NCBI GenBank assembly: GCA_032654565.1
Contig: JAULAX010000017.1
Span: 416,001-480,000, forward strand
Length of the DNA stretch: 64,000 bases
Source: Anaeromyxobacteraceae bacterium
GTDB taxonomy: Bacteria; Myxococcota; Myxococcia; Myxococcales; Anaeromyxobacteraceae
Direction: 5' to 3'
Of the stretch, positions 1 to 7,513 are shown piece by piece. Within the stretch, counting starts at the first letter, position 1. Each line of letters starts with the position of its first letter. Made by a program: the position numbers and the translations under genes. The notes below the pieces were generated by a model. It saw nothing but the letters and a program-made list of their open reading frames with translations. It was not told the origin of the DNA and made no database searches.

Positions 1-1
1 G

Positions 2-421
2 GTGGCGGCCATCGCCGCCGGGCGCCGGGGGGACCGGGCGGCGGCGACCGCGGCGCTGGCGCTGCTGGAGCGGAGCGACCCCTGGCCTGACGAGGCCATC
101 GCCCCCGCCTACCTGCTGGCCGAGCTGACCGCCGCCGGCGGCGATCCCTCCGACGTGGCGGCGGCGGTGGGGCGCTTCCACCGGATCTGGCCTGGCGGAC
201 TCTGGCGCGGCTGGGCCTGGTCCCGCTCGCTGCTGCTGGCGGCGCGGGCCGAGGAGCAGCTCGGCCAGCCGGAGAAGGCGCGGGCCACCGTGGACCGGCT
301 GCTGCTGGTCCTGCAGCGGGCCGACCCCGGGCTGGCGCTCCTCGCCGAGGCCCGGGCGCTGCGCCAGCGGCTGGGCCAGCCGCGACCGGCCGCCGCGACC
401 GCCCCCAGGCCGGCGCCGTAA
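2..421 (+). CDS. 3' end of a helical-repeat (TPR-like) protein, truncated by the window edge; possibly the C-terminus of a Ser/Thr kinase-TPR protein
   Basis: Open frame from the window start to TAA at 419-421; Ala/Leu-rich amphipathic repeats (SLLLAARAEEQLGQPEKARATVDRLL...RADPGLALLAEARALRQRL) typical of TPR tails. Confidence 0.55.
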   Translation: MAAIAAGRRGDRAAATAALALLERSDPWPDEAIAPAYLLAELTAAGGDPSDVAAAVGRFHRIWPGGLWRGWAWSRSLLLAARAEEQLGQPEKARATVDRLLLVLQRADPGLALLAEARALRQRLGQPRPAAATAPRPAP

Positions 422-462
422 CCGCTGGTACTTCCTGAGGTCAGCGCCTCTTTTCTGGCGCT

Positions 463-499
463 CCGTCACATCTGGGGCCCTCATTCGTCCACCTCGGTG
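463..499 (+). promoter_or_regulatory. Putative ECF-sigma-type promoter, copy 1 (GTCACA-N15-CGTC), upstream of the peptide gene
   Basis: ccgtcacatctggggccctcattcgtccacctcggtg; 31/37 identical to 2215-2251; resembles the ECF41-type TGTCACA...CGTC consensus. Confidence 0.6.
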
Positions 500-562
500 C
501 CGAGGATCCCCTGCATCGGCGCCAACCAGATCCCCCACGACCCACCGCAAAGGAGCACCACC

Positions 563-757
563 ATGGCCACCCGAGACACCTACCGCCTCGCCGACCTCTT
601 CACCTATGGCTCCCTCTCCGCCCCCGCCAGCATCTACCCGGCCACGCTGGAGGCCCCGCAGCAGACCACCCCCGGCAGCAACGCCCAGGACCTGCTCGGC
701 GGGCTGCTCCCCTGGGGCTGCGAGCCGCAGGAGCAGTCGCCCCAGGACCCGGCCTGA
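563..757 (+). CDS. Small peptide (64 aa), candidate graspetide (ATP-grasp RiPP) precursor
   Basis: AAGGAG RBS at 550-555, ATG 563; MATRDTYRLADLFTYGSLSAPASIYPATLEAPQQTTPGSNAQDLLGGLLPWGCEPQEQSPQDPA; Thr/Ser- and Asp/Glu-rich; just upstream of an ATP-grasp ligase. Confidence 0.7.
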   Translation: MATRDTYRLADLFTYGSLSAPASIYPATLEAPQQTTPGSNAQDLLGGLLPWGCEPQEQSPQDPA

Positions 758-839
758 TGGTGAACTCCGAACCACGCTGGAGCGCGCCGAGCCCGGCGCC
801 GCCGCCGCATCGACCCGCACCGTCCGGGGAGGACCGGCC

Positions 840-1850
840 ATGATCCTGGTGGTCAGCGATCCCGACGACGCCCACGCCGCCCCGGTCATGCAGGCGGTGG
901 CGCGGATGGGCCGGCGCTGCGTCATGCTCGACCTCGCCGCCGTGCCGCGAGAGGTCCGGGTCAGCTTCTCGGCCGGCCGGCCGGCCACCGGCGTCGGCTT
1001 CACCGGCCTCGACGGCGGCCGGGTCGAGGCGGAGCAGATCGGCGCGGTCTGGTGGCGGCGCCCCCGCCCCTACGTGGTGGACGAGGCGCTGACCCCGGCC
1101 TTCGCCGCCTACGCCACCGCCCAGGTGCACGCCGCCATGTCCGGCGCCTGGGGCACGCTGCGGTCCGGCTGGATGAACGACCCGTGGCGGGACGAGCGGG
1201 CCGGCCACAAGCCGGTGCAGCTGGCCGCAGCCGAGGAGGCGGGGCTGCTGGTCCCGCCCACGCTGATCAGCTGCGAGCCGGCCGACGCCCGGGCCTTCCT
1301 CGCCGAGCTGGGGAAGCGACCGGTGATCCAGAAGCCGCTCCGGCCCACCGAGGCCAGCTGGCGCCCCACCCGGCTGGTGACCCCAAGCGACCGGGACCGG
1401 CTCGACGACCTGCGGCTGGCCCCGGCCATCCTCCAGGAGTACATCCCCGGCACCGACGTCCGGGTCACCGCCGCCGGCGGCCGGCTCTTCGCCACCGCCA
1501 TCGACGCCAGCCAGACCAGCTCCCCGCAGGACTTCCGCCCCGCCTACGCCGAGGCGCGGGTGGAGCCGTGCTCGCTGCCGCCCGACGTCGCCGCCGGTGT
1601 GGCCGCGCTGCTCAAGGGGCTGGGGCTCCGCTACGCCGCCCTCGACTTCCGCAGGACCGACGACGGCCGCCACTTCTTCCTGGAGGCCAACCCGGCCGGC
1701 CAGTGGCTCTTCCTCGAGGACCGGACCGGCCAGCCCATCACCCAGGCGGTGGCCGAGGCGCTGGTCGAGGCGGCCTGCGAGGCCCGGGGCGGCGCGTCGG
1801 TCCGGCGCCCCAACTTCAAGACGGTGAACGACGTTCGGAGGCACGCATGA
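840..1850 (+). CDS. MvdC/MvdD-family ATP-grasp peptide ligase (graspetide synthetase-like, RimK superfamily), 336 aa
   Basis: GGAGG RBS, ATG 840; motifs ILVVSDPDDAHA, VWWRRP, WMND..A.HKPVQL..A...GL.VPPTLIS, PAILQEYIPG.DVRVT, DFR, LGLRYAALDF, FFLEANPAGQWLFLE. Confidence 0.88.
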   Translation: MILVVSDPDDAHAAPVMQAVARMGRRCVMLDLAAVPREVRVSFSAGRPATGVGFTGLDGGRVEAEQIGAVWWRRPRPYVVDEALTPAFAAYATAQVHAAMSGAWGTLRSGWMNDPWRDERAGHKPVQLAAAEEAGLLVPPTLISCEPADARAFLAELGKRPVIQKPLRPTEASWRPTRLVTPSDRDRLDDLRLAPAILQEYIPGTDVRVTAAGGRLFATAIDASQTSSPQDFRPAYAEARVEPCSLPPDVAAGVAALLKGLGLRYAALDFRRTDDGRHFFLEANPAGQWLFLEDRTGQPITQAVAEALVEAACEARGGASVRRPNFKTVNDVRRHA

Positions 1851-2206
1851 TGGTGAGACAGGCCTTTCGGCCACACGAGCAGCTCCCGGCCAACCAGCCG
1901 ACCCCCGCCAGCGGGCTGGACGCGGCGCTGGCCGAGGATGACACGGTCATCCTGCTGGTGGTCGGGTCCGGGGTGGAGTCGGACCGGACCGAGACCCGCT
2001 GCCGGGGGCTGGCGCTCGACCCCGGCTTCGAGAACGTCCGGGTGGTCCGGGTCCGCGACCGCTCCGACCTGATCGGCCCCAAGTGGTCGTATTTCCTGGG
2101 GGGAGATCGGCCGATGGCCGTCCTCGGACCGGACCGGCGGATGGCCTTGCCGCTGGACAGGCCCGACGCCATCGACCTGTTCGTGGCCGTGGCCGCGGTG
2201 GCCTGA
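1847..2206 (+). CDS. Hypothetical protein (119 aa), possible thioredoxin-like fold without CxxC
   Basis: ATGA overlap with the ligase stop; LDAALAEDDTVILLVVG...GFENVRVVRVRD pattern reminiscent of a Trx fold. Confidence 0.6.
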   Translation: MMVRQAFRPHEQLPANQPTPASGLDAALAEDDTVILLVVGSGVESDRTETRCRGLALDPGFENVRVVRVRDRSDLIGPKWSYFLGGDRPMAVLGPDRRMALPLDRPDAIDLFVAVAAVA

Positions 2207-2214
2207 CGAATTCA

Positions 2215-2251
2215 CCGTCACATTTGGGGGGCTCATTCGTCTGCCTCGGCG
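2215..2251 (+). promoter_or_regulatory. Putative ECF-sigma-type promoter, copy 2, directly before the response regulator start (possible leaderless mRNA)
   Basis: ccgtcacatttggggggctcattcgtctgcctcggcg; 31/37 identical to 463-499; GTG start 9 nt after CGTC; no RBS visible. Confidence 0.6.
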
Positions 2252-2664
2252 TGAAGACGATCCTGCTGGTGAACGAGAGCCGGGTGACCTTCGAGCTCAT
2301 CAAGGTCTACCTGGCCGTGGAAGACGTCCGGGTGCTGGAGGCGCAGGACGGGATCACCGCGCTCAACGTGGCCCGCGAGCAGCGTCCCGACCTGGTCCTC
2401 TGCGATCTCCACCTGCCCCGCCTCGACGGTCCGCAGCTCTGCCGCGAGGTCCGGGCCGACCTGGCGCTGCGCACCACCCCCTTCATCATCCTCTCCAGCG
2501 ACGGCGAGCCGGCGACGCTGCGGCGCTGCCGCGAGGCGGGGGTGAGCGGTGTCCTCATGAAGCCCATCGGGCCGCGCGAGCTGCACGACGCCGTCCAGAG
2601 GCACGCCGGCATCTCGGTGGGGCTGGCCTTCACCCGGCCGCCCAAGCTGGACCGCGCCAGCTGA
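2251..2664 (+). CDS. Single-domain response regulator (REC)
   Basis: KTILLVNES, PDLVLCDLHLPRLDG (phosphoacceptor Asp), FIILSS, VLMKP; acidic pocket is NE instead of DD. Confidence 0.85.
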   Translation: MKTILLVNESRVTFELIKVYLAVEDVRVLEAQDGITALNVAREQRPDLVLCDLHLPRLDGPQLCREVRADLALRTTPFIILSSDGEPATLRRCREAGVSGVLMKPIGPRELHDAVQRHAGISVGLAFTRPPKLDRAS

Positions 2665-2742
2665 GCGGCGGCGGGATCGCCACCTCGAGCGCGGCGGCGC
2701 TCGGCTCCGGGCACTGGGCCGCCCGGGGTCGTCGAATCGCTG

Positions 2743-2816
2743 TGGTCCCGGCGGGACTCGAACCCACGGCCTACTGTTTAGGAAACAGTTGCTCTATCCA
2801 CCTGAGCTACGGAACC
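2743..2816 (-). tRNA. tRNA-Arg (anticodon CCT)
   Basis: Reverse complement GGTTCCGTAGCTCAGGTGGATAGAGCAACTGTTTCCTAAACAGTAGGCCGTGGGTTCGAGTCCCGCCGGGACCA folds as a cloverleaf; anticodon loop TTCCTAA; T-loop TTCGAGT; 3' CCA not encoded after the discriminator. Confidence 0.95.
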
Positions 2817-3042
2817 TGTGCCACCAGCCCGCTCTCGCGGGACCGCGGCGATATACCACCGACACCCAACCTCGCCGAATCCATAGTTTTGGCAACTTCC
2901 CGTTGACAACTTGCCGCACCTTTCCGGTACCATCGAGCCGTCGTCTCGGCGCCACCCGGCACGCACACCTCCATCGCCACAGGCAGGGGTCTCCGATGCA
3001 CCGTTTCACCGCGGCGCGGCCCGTCCCCGGGCGAGTCCATCG

Positions 3043-5130
3043 ATGAGCCTCCCTCCCAGGCTGGGCGAGCTGGCCGAGGTGCGCGGCGCCCTCACCGCCG
3101 ACCGGCGCGGACAGGTCCACGCCTCGGTGAAGGAGCTCCCCGGCGCCGCCGACGAGGCCGCCGCGGTGGCCGTCGCCGTCACCGAGCTCACCGCCGCCGG
3201 CGCCGCGCTGGGGCTGGAGGCGCTGCTTCGCCTCGAGGTGAAGGGGCCGCGCCGCACCACCCTGGCCGCGGTCCGCGCCGATCTCTTCCTGCTGGTGGAC
3301 GTCGATCCGGTCAAGCGGCAGGCGCGCGTCAACGAGACGCTCGACGCCTGGCAGCGCGGTGAGCAGGTCCCGGCCGCGCCCGCCGTCCCCCGCCCCTCCG
3401 GCCTCACCGGCGTGATGCCGGCCGTCGAGCCACCCGCCCCCGCCGGCGCGGCGCCCCCGCCGGCCCGATCGGCGTCGTCGACCCGGCTGCAGGCCCTCGA
3501 CGATCCCTGGGGCTCGCTGCGGCGGGCCCTGGTCCGGGGTCACCTCACCCGCGCCGCGGCCTTCCAGCAGGCCATCCTCGACGCCGGCGCCCCCACCTCT
3601 CCGGCGCCGGGGGGCGAGCCGCTCCCCCGGGAGTCCCTGCTGGCGGCCATGCAGCGGCTGCTCGAGGGGATCGGCAGCGTCATGGCCGGCGACCCCATGG
3701 GCGGCGCCCGCTCCCTGGCGGAGCTGGCCCGGGAGGGGCAGCCCAACACCTCCTTCCGCTGGCTGGCCCACTACTGGTCGGCCCGGGCGGCGCTGCAGAG
3801 CGGCGGCGCCGAGACCGCCAGGGACCACGTGCGCGAGACCCTGGCCCTCTCCCGCCAGCTCGACGTGGAGGCCCGCGGGGTCAGCCAGCTGCTGGCCGCG
3901 GAGCTGCTGGCCCGCGGCGGGGACATGCAGAAGGCCCTGGCGTGGCTGGCCGAGGCGCGCGGCCGCTTCGAGCGGGTGGCCGATCGCTGGGGGCTGGCCC
4001 AGTCCTGGCTCGCCGAGGCGCGCATCCTCGGCGGCCGGGACGAGGCGGCCTGCGTGGCCGCGGCGGTGCGGGCCCGCGAGGCCGATCCGGGCTGGGACGA
4101 GCCCCAGGTCTTCCTGGCCAGCCGCGCGGTGATGGCGGGAGACCAGGCCGGGGCCCGGACGGCGCTCGGTGACCTCGGATCGCCGGCCGCCGAGCGGCTG
4201 CGCACCCTGCTGGTGGCGGTCGACCAGCAGCGGCTCTCGCTCCCCGACGCCGGCGAGTTCCTCCGCATCCACCACGCCCCCCCCTCCGGGCAGAACCTCC
4301 GCTCGCTGGAGCGGATCGCCAACGCCTCGCCCCGCTTCTTCCAGGCCCGCGAGGCGCTGGCCTGGCTGCTGGTCCGGCTGGGGCGCTACGCCGCCGCCCG
4401 CGAGGTCTTCGAGTGGCTGCTCAAGCAGCCGCTCGAGGCGGCCGACAAGGCCCTGGTCACGCTCGGGCTGAGCAGCACCGCCACCGCGCTCCAGGCCGCC
4501 GGCGCCGCCGCGCCGCCCGCCGCCACGCCGGCCGGCCCGCCCGGCCAGGCCCCGGCGCTGGCCGACTCCACCCTGCTGCCGCCGGGACCCCGCCCCGCCT
4601 TCTCCGGCCTCGACGCCATGTTCTCCGGCCGGCTCAGCGTCTTCTCGCTCGCCGACCTGGTCGAGTTCCTCCGCACCGCGGGACGCAGCGGCCTGCTGGT
4701 CTGCAGCTCGACCGGCGGCATGGGGGCCTTCCGCTTCCGCAAGGGGAGGATCACCGGCGCCGCCGCCCCGTCCACGCCCGGCGTCGGCGACCTGCTGGTC
4801 CGGAGCGGCAAGCTCACCGCCGAGGGGCTGGCCTCGGCCGGTCCGGCCCGCGAGGGGGCCATGATCGACGCCGAGCTGGTGGAGCGGCTGGTCCAGCTCG
4901 GGCTGGTGGACGCCGCCACGGTGCGCGAGGCCGGACGCCAGCAGATCGAGCAGGCGCTGCGCGAGCTGATCGACTGGGCCGACGGCGAGTTCGCCTTCAC
5001 CCGCGAGGAGGAGTCCGCCTCGGCCACCGGCGAGGCCTCCATCGAGGTGGACGCCCAGCAGCTGCTGCTCGATCTCTTCCGCGAACGCGACGAGTCCTCG
5101 CGCGATCCCGTCGCCCGCCCCAGGTCCTGA
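3043..5130 (+). CDS. Multidomain protein: N-terminal roadblock/LC7 (MglB-like), TPR-like middle, C-terminal DUF4388/PATAN-like domain
   Basis: N-term LGELAEVRGALTADRRGQV...AAGAALGLEALLRLEVKG; C-term FSGRLSVFSLADLVEFLRTAGRSGLL...FRFRKGRITGA...GDLLVRSGKLT...LRELIDWADGEFAF; start uncertain. Confidence 0.75.
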   Translation: MSLPPRLGELAEVRGALTADRRGQVHASVKELPGAADEAAAVAVAVTELTAAGAALGLEALLRLEVKGPRRTTLAAVRADLFLLVDVDPVKRQARVNETLDAWQRGEQVPAAPAVPRPSGLTGVMPAVEPPAPAGAAPPPARSASSTRLQALDDPWGSLRRALVRGHLTRAAAFQQAILDAGAPTSPAPGGEPLPRESLLAAMQRLLEGIGSVMAGDPMGGARSLAELAREGQPNTSFRWLAHYWSARAALQSGGAETARDHVRETLALSRQLDVEARGVSQLLAAELLARGGDMQKALAWLAEARGRFERVADRWGLAQSWLAEARILGGRDEAACVAAAVRAREADPGWDEPQVFLASRAVMAGDQAGARTALGDLGSPAAERLRTLLVAVDQQRLSLPDAGEFLRIHHAPPSGQNLRSLERIANASPRFFQAREALAWLLVRLGRYAAAREVFEWLLKQPLEAADKALVTLGLSSTATALQAAGAAAPPAATPAGPPGQAPALADSTLLPPGPRPAFSGLDAMFSGRLSVFSLADLVEFLRTAGRSGLLVCSSTGGMGAFRFRKGRITGAAAPSTPGVGDLLVRSGKLTAEGLASAGPAREGAMIDAELVERLVQLGLVDAATVREAGRQQIEQALRELIDWADGEFAFTREEESASATGEASIEVDAQQLLLDLFRERDESSRDPVARPRS

Positions 5131-5139
5131 CCGGCGACG

Positions 5140-7050
5140 ATGCCCTCCACGCCCGCCACCCCCGACCCCAGGAGCCCGGGGTCCACCGACCTCTCCAGGC
5201 TGGCCGGCCTCAAGCTCGGCAACTACCGGCTGGAGCGGGTCCTGGGGCGGGGGCGGATGGGGGTGGTCTACCTGGCCCAGGACGAGGCCCTGCTCCGCCC
5301 CACCGCCATCAAGGTGCTGGCCTGGGCCAGCGCCGAGACCCGCGGCCAGGACCCGGTGCAGTGGTTCCTCGGCGAGGCCCGGCTGGTGGCGCGCATCAAC
5401 GACCCGCGGGTGGTCCAGATCTACGGCGCCGCCAAGCAGGGGGACTACTGCTACATCGCCATGGAGTACGTCCCCGGCCAGTCGACCGAGGCGCTCATCG
5501 CCAAGGACGGCCGGCTCGCCCCGGAGACCGCCACCGACATCCTGGTGCAGGCGGCCTCGGCGCTCCACGCCGCCCACGTGGCCGGGGTGGTCCACCGTGA
5601 CGTCAAGCCGGGCAACCTGCTGATCGGCCCGGGCGGGATGACCAAGCTGGGCGACTTCGGCATGGCCCACGGCTCGGCCGGAGTCCCGGTGGGCAACGCC
5701 GCGGTGCGGGCCGGCACCCCCTTCTACACGGCGCCGGAGATCTGGCGCGGCGCGGTGGCCAACCAGGCCTCCGACATCTACGCGCTGGGGGCCACCTACT
5801 TCCACCTGCTCACCGGCAGGCCGCCCTTCGTGGGGGCCGACCTGGCGGCGGTGGAGGGCGCCCACCTCTCGGCACCGATCCCTGATCCCCGCGAGCTGGT
5901 GCCGGCGCTGCCGGCCTCCTGCGCCACGCTGGTGATGCGCGCCCTGGCCAAGCTCCCCGCGGATCGCCAGCCTTCGGCCCAGGTGCTGATGTGGGAGGGG
6001 CGCCGCGCCCTGCAGGAGCTGGCCGCCGCCGGCCACGCCTCGCCGGCGGCCGCCGGCCACGTCTCGCCGCCGGCCCGCCCCCCGCCACCGCGGACCCTGC
6101 CACCGCGCCCGGCGCCGGCCCCCCTGGCCGAGCGGCTCCAGTTCACCCAGGCTCCCTTCGGCCCGTTCGACCCGCAGCAGGCCCCGTTCCAGGCCGCCCC
6201 GCTCGACGGGCTCCGGCGGCGGCTGCGCACCCTGGTCGAGGGGCCCGGCACGGCGCTGGTGGCGCTGACCGGCCCGCCCGGCAGCGGCCGCTCCACGCTG
6301 CTGCGCCAGCTGGCCGGCGACGTGGCCGCCGCGGGGGCCCGGCTGGTGCTCTTCGCCGACGGCGCCACCCGCGACGACGGCCGCAGCGCCCTGCAGCGGC
6401 TCTGCCGCGCCGCCGGCGTCCCCGACGAGGGCGCCACCCGGATCGACGTCCTCCTGCAGCGGCTGGGCGAGGAGCGCGGGCGCCCCCTCCCGCTCCTCAT
6501 CGTCGACGGGCTCGCCGAGGGCTCGCCGCCGGCCCCTGACCTGGAGACCCTGGCCGCGGCGGCGCTCTGGTCGCGCACCTTCAAGCTGGTGGTGGCCGGT
6601 CCGCCGGGCCTGGGCGGCCGGCTCGCCGCCGCCCCGGCGCCGGGCCAGCCGCCGCCGGGGGTGGAGCTGGTGGTCCCCCCGCTCGACGCCGACCAGGTGA
6701 CCCACTACCTCCGCTGCTGGCTGCGCGCCACGCGGAGCCCGGAGGCCGCTCCCATCCACCTCTCCACCGACGCCCTGCTGCTGGTGGCCCACCGCTCCGG
6801 CGGCCGGCCCCGGTTCATCGACGTCATCGGCTGGAACATGCTGGCGCTGGCGGCGGCGGGCGGGCGCCCCACGGTCACCTCCTGGCACGCCTGGGCGGCC
6901 GATCCCGGGGCCCCCTGGCCCGAGGCCCGTCCGCCGGCCACCCTGGTCGGGCCGCCTCCCGGCTGGCCCGGCCCCGACGCCCGCGCCGTCCTCGACGCCT
7001 GCCGCCGGGAGGCGGGGCTGCCCGCCTGGCCGAAGGGGGGCGGGCCATGA
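5140..7050 (+). CDS. Ser/Thr protein kinase fused to an ExeA/GspA-like AAA domain (degenerate)
   Basis: Kinase motifs GRGRMG, AIK, HRDVKPGN, DFG, GTPFYTAPE, SDIYALG; then F..APF, Walker A GPPGSGRST, Walker B LLIVDG, HRSGGRPRFID. Confidence 0.85.
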   Translation: MPSTPATPDPRSPGSTDLSRLAGLKLGNYRLERVLGRGRMGVVYLAQDEALLRPTAIKVLAWASAETRGQDPVQWFLGEARLVARINDPRVVQIYGAAKQGDYCYIAMEYVPGQSTEALIAKDGRLAPETATDILVQAASALHAAHVAGVVHRDVKPGNLLIGPGGMTKLGDFGMAHGSAGVPVGNAAVRAGTPFYTAPEIWRGAVANQASDIYALGATYFHLLTGRPPFVGADLAAVEGAHLSAPIPDPRELVPALPASCATLVMRALAKLPADRQPSAQVLMWEGRRALQELAAAGHASPAAAGHVSPPARPPPPRTLPPRPAPAPLAERLQFTQAPFGPFDPQQAPFQAAPLDGLRRRLRTLVEGPGTALVALTGPPGSGRSTLLRQLAGDVAAAGARLVLFADGATRDDGRSALQRLCRAAGVPDEGATRIDVLLQRLGEERGRPLPLLIVDGLAEGSPPAPDLETLAAAALWSRTFKLVVAGPPGLGGRLAAAPAPGQPPPGVELVVPPLDADQVTHYLRCWLRATRSPEAAPIHLSTDALLLVAHRSGGRPRFIDVIGWNMLALAAAGGRPTVTSWHAWAADPGAPWPEARPPATLVGPPPGWPGPDARAVLDACRREAGLPAWPKGGGP

Positions 7051-7186
7051 GCAGGCCGGGCGGCAGAGAAGGGGCCAGCGGGGCGCCGAGGGACTATGCT
7101 GGACCGACCTGGTTCCATGGCCTCGCCTCGTCGCCCCCCGCCAGGACACTGGCCGGCGAGCCCGAGGCCGCACCGGAGGAGATGGC

Positions 7187-7513
7187 ATGACCGAGCTTGA
7201 GACCGTGGCCGGGCTCCCCGGCGTCAGCGCCGCCGTGCTCGGCGACCTCGAGGGGACCTTCCTCGGGGCGCTCCGCACCAGCGACGGCGAGACCATCGCC
7301 GCCGAGATGGGCTTCGTGGGCAGCACCCTGCTGGAGATCGGGGAGCTGCTCGGCCTCGGCCCGCTCGCCACCTTCTCGCTGGCCGGCCGGGCCGGCTCCT
7401 GCCTGCTGGTGGTGCGCCCCCAGGCGCTCATCACCGCCCTGGTCTCCCCGCCGCAGTCGCTCGGGCCGGTCGAGCGCGCCGTCGACACCGCCTTCCAGGA
7501 GTGGACATCGTAA
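7187..7513 (+). CDS. Roadblock/LC7 (MglB-like) domain protein
   Basis: GGAGGA RBS; LETVAGLPGVSAAVLGDLEGTFL...IGELLGLGPLATFSL pattern; 108 aa. Confidence 0.75.
   Translation: MTELETVAGLPGVSAAVLGDLEGTFLGALRTSDGETIAAEMGFVGSTLLEIGELLGLGPLATFSLAGRAGSCLLVVRPQALITALVSPPQSLGPVERAVDTAFQEWTS

Noticed and set aside
497..562. Longer 86-aa version of the precursor starting at GTG 497
   Set aside because: That GTG lies inside the promoter-like repeat and has no RBS; ATG 563 has AAGGAG at good spacing
606..839. N-terminal extension of the ATP-grasp ORF (414-aa call)
   Set aside because: Overlaps the precursor in another frame; the family N-terminus MILVVS..D.HA starts at ATG 840 with its own RBS
1518..1538. 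SPQD tetrapeptide shared by the ligase (SSPQDFR) and the precursor C-terminus (QSPQDPA)
   Set aside because: Four residues is too short to distinguish from chance
463..2251. Reading the 37-bp repeats as att sites or CRISPR repeats
   Set aside because: Only two copies 1.75 kb apart, no cas or integrase, and conservation falls in two spaced blocks upstream of gene starts, as expected of promoters
2786..2792. Reading the tRNA as an amber suppressor (CTA anticodon)
   Set aside because: With the 5-bp stem ACTGT/ACAGT the 7-nt loop is TTCCTAA, centring CCT (Arg)
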